A DNA stretch of 64,000 nucleotides. Source: Paramecium tetraurelia (taxonomy: Eukaryota). Under the pieces are notes generated by a model that made no database searches, was not told the origin of the DNA, and saw only the letters and a program-made list of their open reading frames with translations. The translations under genes were made by a program, and so were the position numbers. This document shows positions 1 to 12,481 of the stretch, one piece after another. How positions within the stretch are numbered: position 1 is the stretch's first letter; each line of letters opens with the position of its first letter. The DNA lies in NCBI GenBank assembly GCA_000165425.1, contig CT868001.1, forward strand, positions 62,001 to 126,000. Direction: 5' to 3'.

Positions 1-79
1 TCTCCTGGTTGATAAGGATGTTATAAATAAAAAGAAATATTGGGCATTTTAATTTTTTCGTGATTATATTATTAATTAT

Positions 80-1464
80 ATGATAAAGAAATTCAAGAAA
101 CTATTTCAGAGTCAATCGGAGTTCCAAAGCTTTTTAACTAAATCAAGTTTGTCCAGAGATAATTTTGTATTTAAACAGGAGGATGTGGAAATTTTGATTC
201 CGTTTCTAACTGATGAATAAAATATTATAGATTTTTTCAAGGTTTATTTAGATGGAAGTTTGCAAATATATACGGTGAAAATGAAGATGTTAATCACAAT
301 CCACTAAGTATTGAACATTAGTGAGGAATTCGCCCAACACTTCTCAAAGATTAATTTTGCATATTTCAATAAGTAATGTAGATAGTAAAGTAGACCGATA
401 TCAAAGCCTTAAACCTTTGTTTTCAAGTAAATACCAAATGAGGTGTGGCTGCTCGATAATATCCAGATTCCGTTCCTGCAATATCTGTAGAAGCTAGCAT
501 TGAATGTCCAAGAAATAAAGGCCTATAGAAATAATAATCCCAGAAAGTAAATCCTGCAATCGAAGTAAGAGTCTGAAATTGATAGTAGTCTGGTGATAGA
601 GTGTTTCAAATTGGAGAATCTGGTTAACCAAGGCTTATCGCTTGTTCCTCAACTGAAGACTGCCTTATCTAATTTCCCCCATGACTTTCTTCTCAAAAAA
701 CTAGCCTGTAATCTTTATAGTGAATTGAGACAATTTCAAAGGCAATTGATAAACTCTCTTTCTGCCCTATTAGACACCAACTCCAGAGCCTCCAACATAG
801 AGATATTCGAGTTCTTTAGAGAAGTAGGATTTGATTACTAATGTAGGTGTAAATGATAGAGAAGAAAACCATGTCTTATTATCTGTTGCATAAATTGTTT
901 GATCCAGCCAGGAAGTTGATGCCACCTTTGCAGTTGAAGATCGATCTGAAGAGTGCGAAACATCTCGAACAACAGGCACAGCATGAACAGCAGAGGATTA
1001 CTCAATAGAGGTAATTGAGGAGTCAGAGAAATTCTCGATCCAATAGCACTGATCAGCAACAACCAGCATCTCAAGGGTTTATTAGTTAGAGAGAGAGACG
1101 ATTCATGATGTACAGCAGAGCCAAGAAACAGGATACAATACAGGAGGACATTGAGATGCCAACAGAAGAACAACAACCAGCATCTGAATAGAAGAAGAGT
1201 TGTTAGAATATGAAGATTGTTCAAGATGATGGAAATAATATACAAGAAATTAAAATTGAAAATATAGAAGTACAAAAAATTGATAATTTTGAATTAAATG
1301 AATATCCAAACCAATTTGTTGTCTCCCAAAATAATAGTTAAGTGGAACCACAGGAAAATGGCAATGAAATAAATGAAAAAATTAGTTAAAAAGAAACGAA
1401 TGATTTAGGTAAAAACTAAGAAAGTACTAGCTAAGCAGATCAAGAAGAAAATTAAGACATTTGA
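80..1464 (+). CDS. Hypothetical protein with ANTH/ENTH-like N-terminus and Q/E-rich tail
   Basis: ATG 80, open with TAA/TAG=Gln; 23-nt intron 824-846 (gtaggat..tgtag); TGA 1462-1464. KMLITIHQVL resembles the ANTH K.L...H..L motif. Confidence 0.6.
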
Positions 1465-1737
1465 TTTATAACCTTATTACTAAAATTCATTAATTAGTAT
1501 TTCTTATATAATAATTAATTCAATAATTTGATATACATTTATTATAATGATACATAATATGATAAGTATTTTCATTAAAGTAATTTAAGATTCTATTCTC
1601 ATTTTGTACAATTACATTTTTAATTACGAAATTTACTAATTAAAGTTCACTTACTCCTTTACCTGTCTGTTCTTTAATATTAAATATAAATATCTTAATA
1701 ATTTCGAAATAATTATATTAATTTCTAAATATTCATA

Positions 1738-2499
1738 ATGAAATAATTATCGCAATCAGAACGAAAACACAAACCCAAATAAAAAAGCGAGCCTTCTCTC
1801 TTACCAAATATCGATATTCTTAAAGAGAATGTTAAATCGAGCTTTGCATTGGGACATTTGCGAGGTCTCTTGAAATACAATAAAGTGAAAGATGTACCAA
1901 AAACAGAAATCTAAGTGAAACGAGATCAGACATTTGGAGTGGCCAATAAGCAATCCAAGAATAAAAGATTAACCTTTCTTAAATTCGGTTTCAGAACACA
2001 TGAAAAGAAGAATAATTACTATTTACAACCTTTAATTAAAAAGGTTAGAGATGTTTTTGGAGATGCTGCAATTGATGGGTCAATGGGAGTAGTAGATTTA
2101 TGGAGTGATCGCAATGTCAACCGTTTAATGGATGCCATCTAAATGACAAGAGACAATTTAATTGTACGCAAACTAGGCAAAGAATTAAATGAGGCTGATC
2201 ATTTCATTCTTAATCGTAATGAAGAAAAGAAAATAAGAGATAGAATATTTATGGAATCACTCAAATTATAATTCCAAGAAACTGATACTTTCTCATTAAA
2301 ATTTCTATTGTCCGAAAAAGACAAAAAAATTGTACAAAGAGTTGCATAACCTACTATCTCTAGTAATCTGAGACACACTAATCCTAATCTAAATATATAG
2401 AGCATTGTCGAAAATATAGATTAACTACATCAAGAGAACTTGGAGATATACACAAATCTATACAAGGAAATAAAATAAATACAAAAAAATATTAAGTGA
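1738..2499 (+). CDS. Hypothetical protein (~253 aa)
   Basis: Single frame from ATG 1738 to TGA 2497-2499 under the ciliate code; contains track ORF 1915-2142. No motif recognised. Confidence 0.7.
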
Positions 2500-3292
2500 T
2501 TTAATATAATCTTTTATCAACTCTTCTCTCAAGAATTAATGAGCTTTCTATTATTGTATATAAATTATAATTATTATTAAGTTTAAGTTTCAAAAATTGA
2601 CAAAACCAATATCAATATAAGTATATAATGCTATTGAAATGGCATTCTCTGAAAATTTATCTTATCCATTAAGGATTTATTGAGCTTCATCAGGTAATTT
2701 AAACTGAATAACAACTACAACTTATATGAATTAAGGATTGTAAAGCTCTTAACTTAGGATATGCTAAACTTGATTGTAGCCTTGAATTATGATGATAAAG
2801 AAGTATCTTATTTTTTATGTAAATAGATTTTATTGAAATTATCAATTTTTGAGAAACACTAAATTATCCTTTGTGAATCTTCTTAATGAAATTAGATTAA
2901 CTAATAAAAGGTCATCAAGATTAATAACCATTAACTTCAATCTTTGATACATCCATTATTGAATATCATTTGATTTTTTAATTATTCTACAATTATAGAT
3001 TTATCAAATAATGATGAACGACTTAAACTCCTGACATAAGTATTCATACAATTGGTGTGATATTCAAATATTATATGATTTTCATCATAAGATTTATTTT
3101 CACTATAAATTTAACCCTGTAAATGAAAATAAGATATTGTAAATTGAATTCACATATAGTCATTCTAATAACATGATTTTAGTTTAAAATAACATTATTT
3201 TTTTTAATTGGAGTTTTATTTTTGAAGATGAAAATAAATATTGATAAAATTAATGGGAAATAATTAAATTCATAAAATTATTCATTTTATTT

Positions 3293-4169
3293 ATGGAGGA
3301 ATATCTACAAGGGTTTGTGAGCACATCCATTGTAAAAACACTTTTCGCTCCATTGGAGAGGTATAAACTCATCAGACAGACCTAAGATATTCTTACTTTG
3401 AGTTCCAAAGAGAAGATGACTAATTTTTATTAATTTCTTAAGAAAACAATTTATAATGAAGGCCCAAAAGGATTATTCAGATCAAATTTAACAGCAATTT
3501 ACATGTGGATACCTTAGGTGTATGCACAATATGTTTTCTATCAAAATATCAAACAAGCCACTTATGACAAAGATGTATATAAATAAATTGAATTTCAAGC
3601 TTTTGTCTATGGGACTTTGTGCAACACTTTGTGGCATTACTACTTCTATATTCTCATATCCTTTTGATACAATTAGAGTGAGATAGGCAACTGAAATTTA
3701 GATTCCAGGGTAGAAAAGATAGTATGTGGGTTTTGAAGAGACTCGATTTAATATCAAAATAGAGAGTGGATTTTTCAAGGGTCTGTATTCAGGATTTACA
3801 GTTGGATGTTTATAGACATTGTTGTTTGCATACGGCATAGTGGGTTTGAATTCTCTTTTAGATGGCACAACACCTTATAATCAATAATTAGCTTACTTGG
3901 GATCATATGCATTAATATATCCAATTGATAGTGTGAGACGTCGTTTGCAGGTGAAATCAATTTTGTTTTAATAAGAAGCATCAAAAAAAAAGAATTTATG
4001 GGAGAAATTGAAATTTAATATGAAGGAATGGAACTTCAGTTGGGGTTACGGAGGATTCTTGGCCCACAATGTAAGAGGAATAGCGATGTTGCTAATATTG
4101 GAATAAGTAAACTTTGAATCGCTTTACAAGGAGACTTAAAACCAATTAAATCAAGCTTTAAAATATTGA
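3293..4169 (+). CDS. Mitochondrial carrier family (SLC25) protein
   Basis: Three Px[DE]xx[KR] signatures: APLERYK, YPFDTIRVR, YPIDSVRRR. 25-nt intron ~3575-3599 restores the frame; TGA 4167-4169. Confidence 0.85.
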
Positions 4170-4719
4170 GTATTATAATTTTATCTAAAATACAATAATA
4201 TATGTATTTGTTTGGGTGTAAGATTAATGTGATCAACCACAAAGGTCATATCTGATTTGCATACAAACATTTTAAAGCTCAATTACACAACCTAGTACGA
4301 TGGATGCAAGAATTTTGAAAAGCATGGGTTAATGTTATATTTTTACAACATTGTTATTATACTAAGTTGATGTTAATGTTTATAATTCTATTACAGATGA
4401 AAGGATTTGAATACATACAAAATTATATAATGTAATAGTAGCAGGTCTATCTAGTGTTAAAATTACAACTGAAGAATGATGTATAAAAATTCTTAAATTG
4501 CTGTTGCTATAATTTGTATCAATTCATCATCTATTTTGATATTTACTATAGGTACGAATTCAAAAAATTAGAATTCCACAAAGGGCAAAAAATTTTATTA
4601 GCAATTATTAAGATCAAATATTAAATTTGAACTTAATTTTTAATAGCAATAATTAATCAGACTATTATTTTATGTTACATTGATAAATTTGATTATTTTA
4701 ACTTAATATTATATTTAAA

Positions 4720-6097
4720 CGATATGAGGATCTATTCAAACTCCTTTGAATAATCTTATTCCTTCTCATCCTCCCCAAAGACCTCTAACCATCAAATGCC
4801 AATATGCAAATGGGAAGAAATGCTTCTTCAATAAATACATGGCTTTACTGTTTGACAATTAAAAGACTGGGATCTTTCATCTAATTGTTTGTTGTATTTG
4901 AATTCAGCGATCATCACTTTCTTATTGGAAGCGTAGAAAGGACAAGAGGTATATAACCTTGAGTGTATCTTAATTTCAATACCTTGATATTCTGGGAAGG
5001 GAACTACTTTAATTTCCAAGTTCTGATGAGGTTTTAATAAGAATAGGAGTTTGGGCCATCACAGCAGCAGTTTTGAATGTTGGAAGTGAGGAGCAATCTC
5101 CCAAGGCCCAGACTTTAGCATAACGTAGATGTTGGAGTGTGTTTGGATGGACATGTGCATACCCATCTGAATCACCTAATCCTCTTTCAGCAATGAATGC
5201 AGCTGGTTTCTGAACAAGATATAAGATACACTATTTACTTAAGGTGGCAGAATATGCAAGAAATCATAATCAGAGGTATATTGTTCTTTCGTTTCAACAT
5301 CTTCAAAGATGAATTTATGATGTTGAACTTCAACTAATCTTTTTTTTAAATGACAATGCAATCCTTTCTCATGTGCCAAATCTCCTAGGATTTCTGAGTA
5401 ATTGTGGGGTGCCAAAGATGAAATCATTGGCTTTTGTACACATGTAAGTCACATTTGATATTTTTGGCAGATAATCTTTCATGTGTTAAAAATACAATGT
5501 TGGATGGAATTCCTTCACATTTTGAAGATGGTTGCGAAAATATTAGTCTACCTCCTTTAAATTCTTTGATTATTCTATCTATCTTCTGAGCGTATTTGTA
5601 ATAGTAAATACTACCAACTGGTGCTTCTGGTTGTTAAGTTACTCCAAAGCACCTGATGAATGGATAAACTTATATTTATACCTTTAATGGATGCAAAATC
5701 ACGTTGCACTCCACTTGCTACAATCAATTAATAGTATGGGTATTTCTTTCCATCTATGGTCACTATTGTATTCTATTCTGGATCGATTCTCTCAAACATA
5801 CATTTTTTGGTAGAACCATTTCCATAGGCCTCATAGTTTTCTCCACATTACACATACCAGCACCTTCATTTGATCATCATAGTCTACCAACCAAGGCCCC
5901 TCCTGTTTAATAGGCGTGCATTTTGTATGGCTCAAAAACACGAATCTATTGTGGAATATAGTGGCCATCCCTCACTAATTGAGCGGAAACATTCAATCCC
6001 GCACATCCACCTCCTATGATCGCCACTTGATTATGAATAGCTCGAAAGGTGATTGTATACAAGGATATATGATTCAAGTTCCTCAATTATTTTATGA
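4720..6097 (-). pseudogene. Sulfide:quinone oxidoreductase (SQOR-like) pseudogene
   Basis: VAIIGGGCAG FAD motif, YDFLHILPP, WALGDCSSLPTFKTAAAV and YTSCP are recognisable. No ATG at the expected start (ATC instead), frameshifts near 5790, 5630 and 5410, in-frame TGA near 4768. Confidence 0.75.
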
Positions 6098-6235
6098 TAA
6101 ATATAATAGCTAACACCTAAGATATTACTAAAATCAATTGTATATTTTAATTAATTCTATTCTTCCCTTATCATTCATGCTAATTTAATTGATAGTCATC
6201 CACACACCAAAAAAGAATTTCAATATAATTAATTT

Positions 6236-7554
6236 ATGAAACTATTTATTATTGCTACATTAGTTTTACTTATATACATAGCACTTGACATTGTATTCAA
6301 TTCCAATATGTGGGAAGCGAACACCACTTTGACACTATATTTGCAACAGCACTAATTTCATGGTGAGAAAGAAATGTTCCTAGTTTTCTCTTATTCCCTT
6401 TATGTACTTCCGAGCATAGCAGGAATTGCCTTCCTGATTTTGGATAATAAGTTGGGAGCATTGTTATATGGAGGGATGATTCTATTCTCAGTAGCGTCTA
6501 ATTCTCTGTTGAAAAATATCTATCATTAAGCAAGACCATTCTTCATTGTCGAAGAGATTGAACCTTATGAATGCAACAAAGAATTTGGTAAGCCTTCAGG
6601 TCATGCTATGACATCATCAGCTATGTGTTTCTTGTTGCCCTCCATTATGTTCCCTGCAATTTGGACAGATTAACCTAAGTAATTACATTAATAGCCATAG
6701 CTGCAAGTATCCATTATACTTAAGGTTATTAGTTATATTTATAATCACCTTTTGGACCTTCATGACTGGATTCGCAAGGGTGTTTATGGGAGTTCATTCA
6801 TTTGCCCAAATCATCCTGGGTTGGGTTTACTAGGGATATGTCTCCATCATTTACATGTAGTACTTGCATGATCGAATAGCCAATTATCTAAAAGAATGTT
6901 TATAAGTGGGATAACAGGGAGTTTCAATCAAAGCAATCAATGTGATTGGCTTAATTGTGTTCTGTTGGACTTGCATATCGATTCTATTTTTGGAATTAAA
7001 CAACAATATATTCATAACCACATCTGAAGCCAATTTATGGATGAAGGCTGTGTATGAGAAGTGTGAGAACCAATCAACTTTGTACTCAATCAACAGTCCT
7101 TCAGTTCTATAAAATATTTGTTTCAGTATGTGTCTGTATATTTGGTTTATGCTAAGCTTTGTGTTTGGGATCAAACTTAGTAAAGGAATTTACTTAGAGA
7201 ATCAATTCTCATAGAATTTTAAGTTGATCTCCTTTTGGAAAAAGACATAGAGAATAGTTGTGCTGATTGTTTTGGTCGCTCTTTTGATTCCATTCTATGT
7301 GATTAAATTTGAAACAGTCTATGCATAAGCATTTGGTTAGGTAAGTCACTCTATTATCTAGGTTGTTCCAGTTTCAATATTAGGGGGATTATTTATAACT
7401 GTTGTGTACTAAAAACTATTAAATTATTTAAAGATTTCTGTGTCTGGAGACTTCTTATAAATAATAACTAATCAATCATCTGCATCAGATGGGTATACTT
7501 AATTAACTATTAAAATTTAGTCAATCTGTAGAAATGTAAGCCATAAAATCTTGA
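6236..7554 (+). CDS. PAP2-superfamily membrane phosphatase
   Basis: Motifs KNIYHQARP, FGKPSGHA, ARVFMGVHS plus many TM segments. Introns ~6679-6700, 7341-7361, 7493-7520; TGA 7552-7554. Confidence 0.85.
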
Positions 7555-7794
7555 AATACACAACATTATATTCTTATTATAAAATACAAAATGCAATTTA
7601 CTTTTTAAAATCAATCTGTTTAATATATAATTGTTTTATTTATATTTCAAGCCTATTCCTATTCTTCAACGATTAATTTCTAAATCATAATTTGATTTTT
7701 TCAATCCATAAATAATTGATTAAATCTTATTTCTTTGAAAGTTAAATATAATTAAAAATTAAATTATATTAAATATAAATAATCATTCTTCACA

Positions 7795-9363
7795 TCATTG
7801 TTTAGTTGCCTATTATTCTATTTTCTATATATATCTAGATTAACCAAATTCTTAATAAGTGAATTTAACAAACTAACTCTATCTGAGTTCCTTCATTTCC
7901 TTTTTCTCCAATTAATGATCATCCAATAGTAAATTCTGAGAAGCCCAAGCAGGTTTTCGATACTTGGCTGGTACATGTTGATAACATAACATCCTAAACT
8001 TCTGATTATCCAAGTATTATTGAGAGGGTTCCAATTTCTTCCAACAGTAATATTGTATCCAAATCTAACAATTTTCATCATTGCACTTAAGAGTGGGACC
8101 CTTCCTCTTACATAAATAACAGTAGGTTTCCTGAGATATTTTGACTACTTCTTATAGAGATTCAAAATCAATGGTTCCTTTCTTCTCATCACATTCCACC
8201 AATGATGACCAAAACACACACAGATCGTGGAAGTAAAGACCTCCTCTGTCAATCAAGTAATCCTTATTGGTTCTCTTATCAAAGGCCACCTTGAAATTGC
8301 CAGTAGTCTAGCCTCTAAATGATAGGGTCCATACAAATCCCCATATTTGAAATTGAAAAACTCGTTTATCCTTGCGAATTTCTGATGACATTTGCATATT
8401 ATACATGCTTATTTTGATTCAATTTTTGAGTGCTTAGATGTTGGTTTGAATTTATTATAGATGAAATCCAGGAACCAGACTTTGGATCCAGCTACAGCAA
8501 ACACTTTTTCCAATCTTCCATTACCATATGAGAATGGTTCATCATCGATCACTTGTTCTTTCTTTGTTCTTTATTTCATCATCAACATCTTTCTCATGGT
8601 TTCATTCTTGTCTATCCACAAACTCTCCAACACCTTGTCTTCTTCCTTTGGTTGATCTGTCTCAAATATGATTGGTTCAAAAAAGAATTTACCTAAGGCA
8701 ACAATCCGTTTTTGAAAGTCAAATCTAATTTGTTATAATAAAGAGGCTTAGTAAAACTAGATTCAGCCTATAACCTTATTCCTTCAAGGTTGATAAAAGG
8801 GGTTCCAAATATTCCTAGAATAGTCTCTCGTCTGGTACAAACAATGAATTAGATTGACATGTGACAGAGGATTTGATGTGTAGTTTCTGTAACTTAAGAC
8901 AGAGTCTCTTCAAACACTCCTCAAATTTATCCTTGAATTATTATGGTTCTATTCCTTACTTTTAAGAGAAAATCAAGAAGTTGTTTATCACATTTACATC
9001 ATTTGATATCTGGCAATATTTCTCGAATTGTAATCTGATTTACCCCAAAATCTCAGAGAAGTATTAATTCAATGCATCTAAACCATCAATCGAAGTCAAC
9101 ATAGCATTACTATCCTGGCTGAAACCTAATTCACATTATTGGAAGACTTAGATGACCCATCATAGCAAACCAATTGTTTTAATGTGTCAAAGAATTCTAT
9201 TCCCTAAATTACGTTGTGACCTTCATGATGATTCTTACATTGAAAACAGAAAAAGCCTTGGTTCAAACAAGAAGCTGTTAGACAGATCAAATTAGCTTAT
9301 TCATTTTCATAAAATTTGCATTTCTCCTAAAGAACAGGTATAGTCTCTATTTTTAGTATTCAT
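7795..9363 (-). pseudogene. Frameshifted gene for a zinc-finger protein with C-terminal extended PHD (ePHD) finger
   Basis: C-terminus FHDLCVFWS..CYLCKRKGPTLKC..C..IQYYC..CYQH (Gln where a His ligand is expected); N-terminal Cys/His cluster. At least four frame changes without intron signals. Confidence 0.65.
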
Positions 9364-9532
9364 TAAAATCTAACGTGCCTCAAACACAATTCATATATAA
9401 CTCAAAATCTTGGTATTTATTTTTAACCACAGGAATTCAATTTTATATTAATATCCTTTAGGAATTCGGATAATCCATTTCGATATTTTTGAGCTGAGAA
9501 TCCAGATTTATCATTCAATTTATTAATTATAA

Positions 9533-10206
9533 ATGAGTCTCACATTAGTATCTTACAATATCTCACCATTTGTGCTCAGAGTCACAGCAGCCTTAAACTA
9601 TTTGTAGATTCCCTTTGAACAGAAGGACATTGATATCATCAACAAACCTGAATGGTTCGTCAAAGCCAATCCTCTAGAAAAGGTCCCTACTTTGTTAGTA
9701 GGAGACAAAGTCATCTAAGAATCCCTGGTTATTTTGGAGTACATCAATTCACTCACCCCCAACTCCTTACTCCCAAATGATCCACTTGAAAAAGCAATAA
9801 ATCGAGGCAGGGCTGAATTTTCCAATGACGTCGTAGGAATTTTCCTGGGATTGACTGCAGCATCTACAGAGGAGGTACTTTATTAACTCTAACGTAGGCC
9901 TACAATAATGGATTGGCAGAATTGAAGTGGTATTTTGATAAACTTGAAAATTGGTTAAATTAAACCAAATTCATATACAGTGATGAATTAACTCTAGCAG
10001 ATTTTGCATACATTCCAATTTTTGCAATCCTCCAGGCTCTATCGCCCCATTTGAAAGTCAATTTGCTTGAAGGCTATCCCAAAGTGCAGCAATATGGAAC
10101 AACTCTGTTGGCACTTCCCAGAGTGGCTGCAAGCAAGCCAGAAGGGTACGAGTAGATTTTGTTAGAAAGAATTAAAACAAGAAAACCGTATTTTTTATCG
10201 GTGTGA
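9533..10206 (+). CDS. Glutathione S-transferase (Ser at the active-site position)
   Basis: MSLTLVSYNISPFVLRV..KPEWFVKANPLEKVP..ESLVILEYI; 23-nt intron 9875-9897; TGA 10204-10206. Confidence 0.9.
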
Positions 10207-10847
10207 TTAATATAAATATTATATTACAACGATTTCATCTAAAAGTCATTCTAATATTATTTATTATGAAATAAGATTAATCATATATCGATATTAAAAA
10301 TACACAATTTTGGATTAGTTTAAAAGCACATATATAATATGAAATCAATTTATTAATGAGTTACTGGTAATTAAACTATCAAATCAATATAAAAAAAATA
10401 ATACGAATTTTTTCATAATTGATCTATGTTAATAAATAATACATGGTGCTCTCTATATACACATAAGAAAGAGCACCATTTTATTTCAACATCTGCTGTT
10501 TTAAATTGAAATGAATGAATGGAGTACTCAAATTCCCATAATTTCCATAATTCTATCAAGGACTCGGATATTCCATCAGACCACCCGAAAGCACAAGTAG
10601 AGACACATAAGTATGACTAGTTATCACGATTTTCGAGGGAATGGCTAGGGTGTTGAACTAAATAAAAGGTTGGGTTAATTAATGAAAGTTCTCATTGATG
10701 ATGAAATGTGTTATAGTTTTAGAAACAAGGGGATAGATTCAAGATATCTATTGAATTGCGAATAAAACAAATAGAGAGAGGGACATAGACATGAGACAAT
10801 TAAAATATATGTTTATTTGTCATTATTTACTCATCAAAGAGCTGGAT

Positions 10848-11143
10848 TCATTCAAAAGAGATGAGTTGGAATGCATTCCAGTCGACTTCTATATAGTCAG
10901 TTTCCTAAAATTGGAATTGAAAATGGTTACTTCATGCAATACTGCTGATCTAACTGTATAATTGTTGATTGTTTAACTATCCTCGAGCTAATTATTTTAG
11001 AAGTATTGCGGTTCACTTTTGATTTCTGGTTTAAGATCTATTTTGGGTAGTTTAGGCAAAACTGTTCCCCATCTCCAAACACTATCATCCAAAGGATGAG
11101 GCTTAGAGGGTTTATTCGTGAAGACTATGGGAGACTAACTCAT
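10848..11143 (-). CDS. Small hypothetical protein (~89 aa)
   Basis: MSQSPIVFTNKPSKPHPLDDSVWRWG...; 26-nt intron gtaaccatttt..tttag; ends VDWNAFQLISFE-TGA. Confidence 0.6.
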
Positions 11144-12481
11144 AAATTAATTTTAATAATTATAGTACTCAATTATACATTTGACTTAATTTTATGTCTC
11201 CTTTCCAATTATGAGAATTATTAATGGACATTCAGCTCAAATAACTAGTACATTAAATCTTCCTTTAACAATATCAACAATTCATAATAATGTAAATATA
11301 AGCTCTAATAAAATTGTTGTTGTCTCTAAATTTAATGTAAGTGGTACTGCCAATCGTCTCTCTTACAAAAGCACTCATATTTGGAAAGAAAAAAGAAGAT
11401 TTGCTACAGTTTAATGATAATAACTGAATTCCATCTTTTTATTATGAGCAACACTTTGATCATTATAAAATAGAAAATAATTTACACTCTTATTTTTGAT
11501 CCAAGTCTAATTAGCTGATGAGAACGAGATGGAACTAAATGTGAAATAGCTAAATTCACATTCTAATACAATCATGATTTCGAATTTCACGATAAAAAAT
11601 AGAACAAGGTATATAAAAATCTGAATAAATAATTTAAATTTTATCATTTATTTTTGAAGCTTTTCGTAAGTCTTCATATTGTTGAATCAAATTAGAATGG
11701 CTAGACTCAAAATCCAAGATTAAGATAACAAAAATTATTAAAAATAATCATGAAACCTTAACAATAACTTTGATGTTAAAGATCATATCTAATCAAGATT
11801 TTCTGAAAAAGTGGCCAATAAATGAAATATTAAATTTAATGTCTTAAATGAGTTTGATAATTTAATTTCTTATTAATTGAACTAGTTTAAAAATTATCAA
11901 ATATCATACTAAGAGGTCTGTTTATGATTGATCTTGAATTAAATTATCAGAGAGTGTAATATTAAGTATCTCTTCCAAAATTTAATATCAGTGAAAGAAT
12001 AGTCTTAATATCTAAAAACCATAATAAAAGCATACTTTATTCTATTTGATAATCTGCTTATTTGAGGATATTAGTAATCCTAAAATTAAAGAAATATATT
12101 GTAACATATTAAAAGTGATGCTGTTCTAACAAATAAAATATCAAAATTAGATTTATGGGATTCTTTCTTTCAAGAATCTTAATAAATGTCTATCATTAAT
12201 GGGATCTATTTGTATTCGAAAGTTACTGATTTGCACATGACTAATATAAAAATAACTATTTATATATTCTTTCAATTTTATGATGTTAAAATATAATTAT
12301 AATACTAATCACATTTGATAATCCATTATCGCAAATACAAATAATGAATGAAAATCTGATTGAATCAAAAAACCTACTAAATTTAATAGGTTATTTAATA
12401 ATTAATTTCTTAAAAAACCCTAAAATAGTTTTCCATAAAGATGCAGAAATGTCTTGAATTAATTTTGGAATTAATATTAAG

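Noticed and set aside
770..1275. Minus-strand track ORFs, and similar ones such as 12820-13167, 27611-27826, 57107-57617, 63518-63760
   Set aside because: Antisense or off-frame shadows of real genes; artefacts of using the standard code on low-complexity DNA.
4720..9363. Programmed frameshifting or UGA recoding rescuing the broken genes
   Set aside because: Multiple heterogeneous indels, a lost start and motif substitutions with no shared slippery site; decay is simpler.
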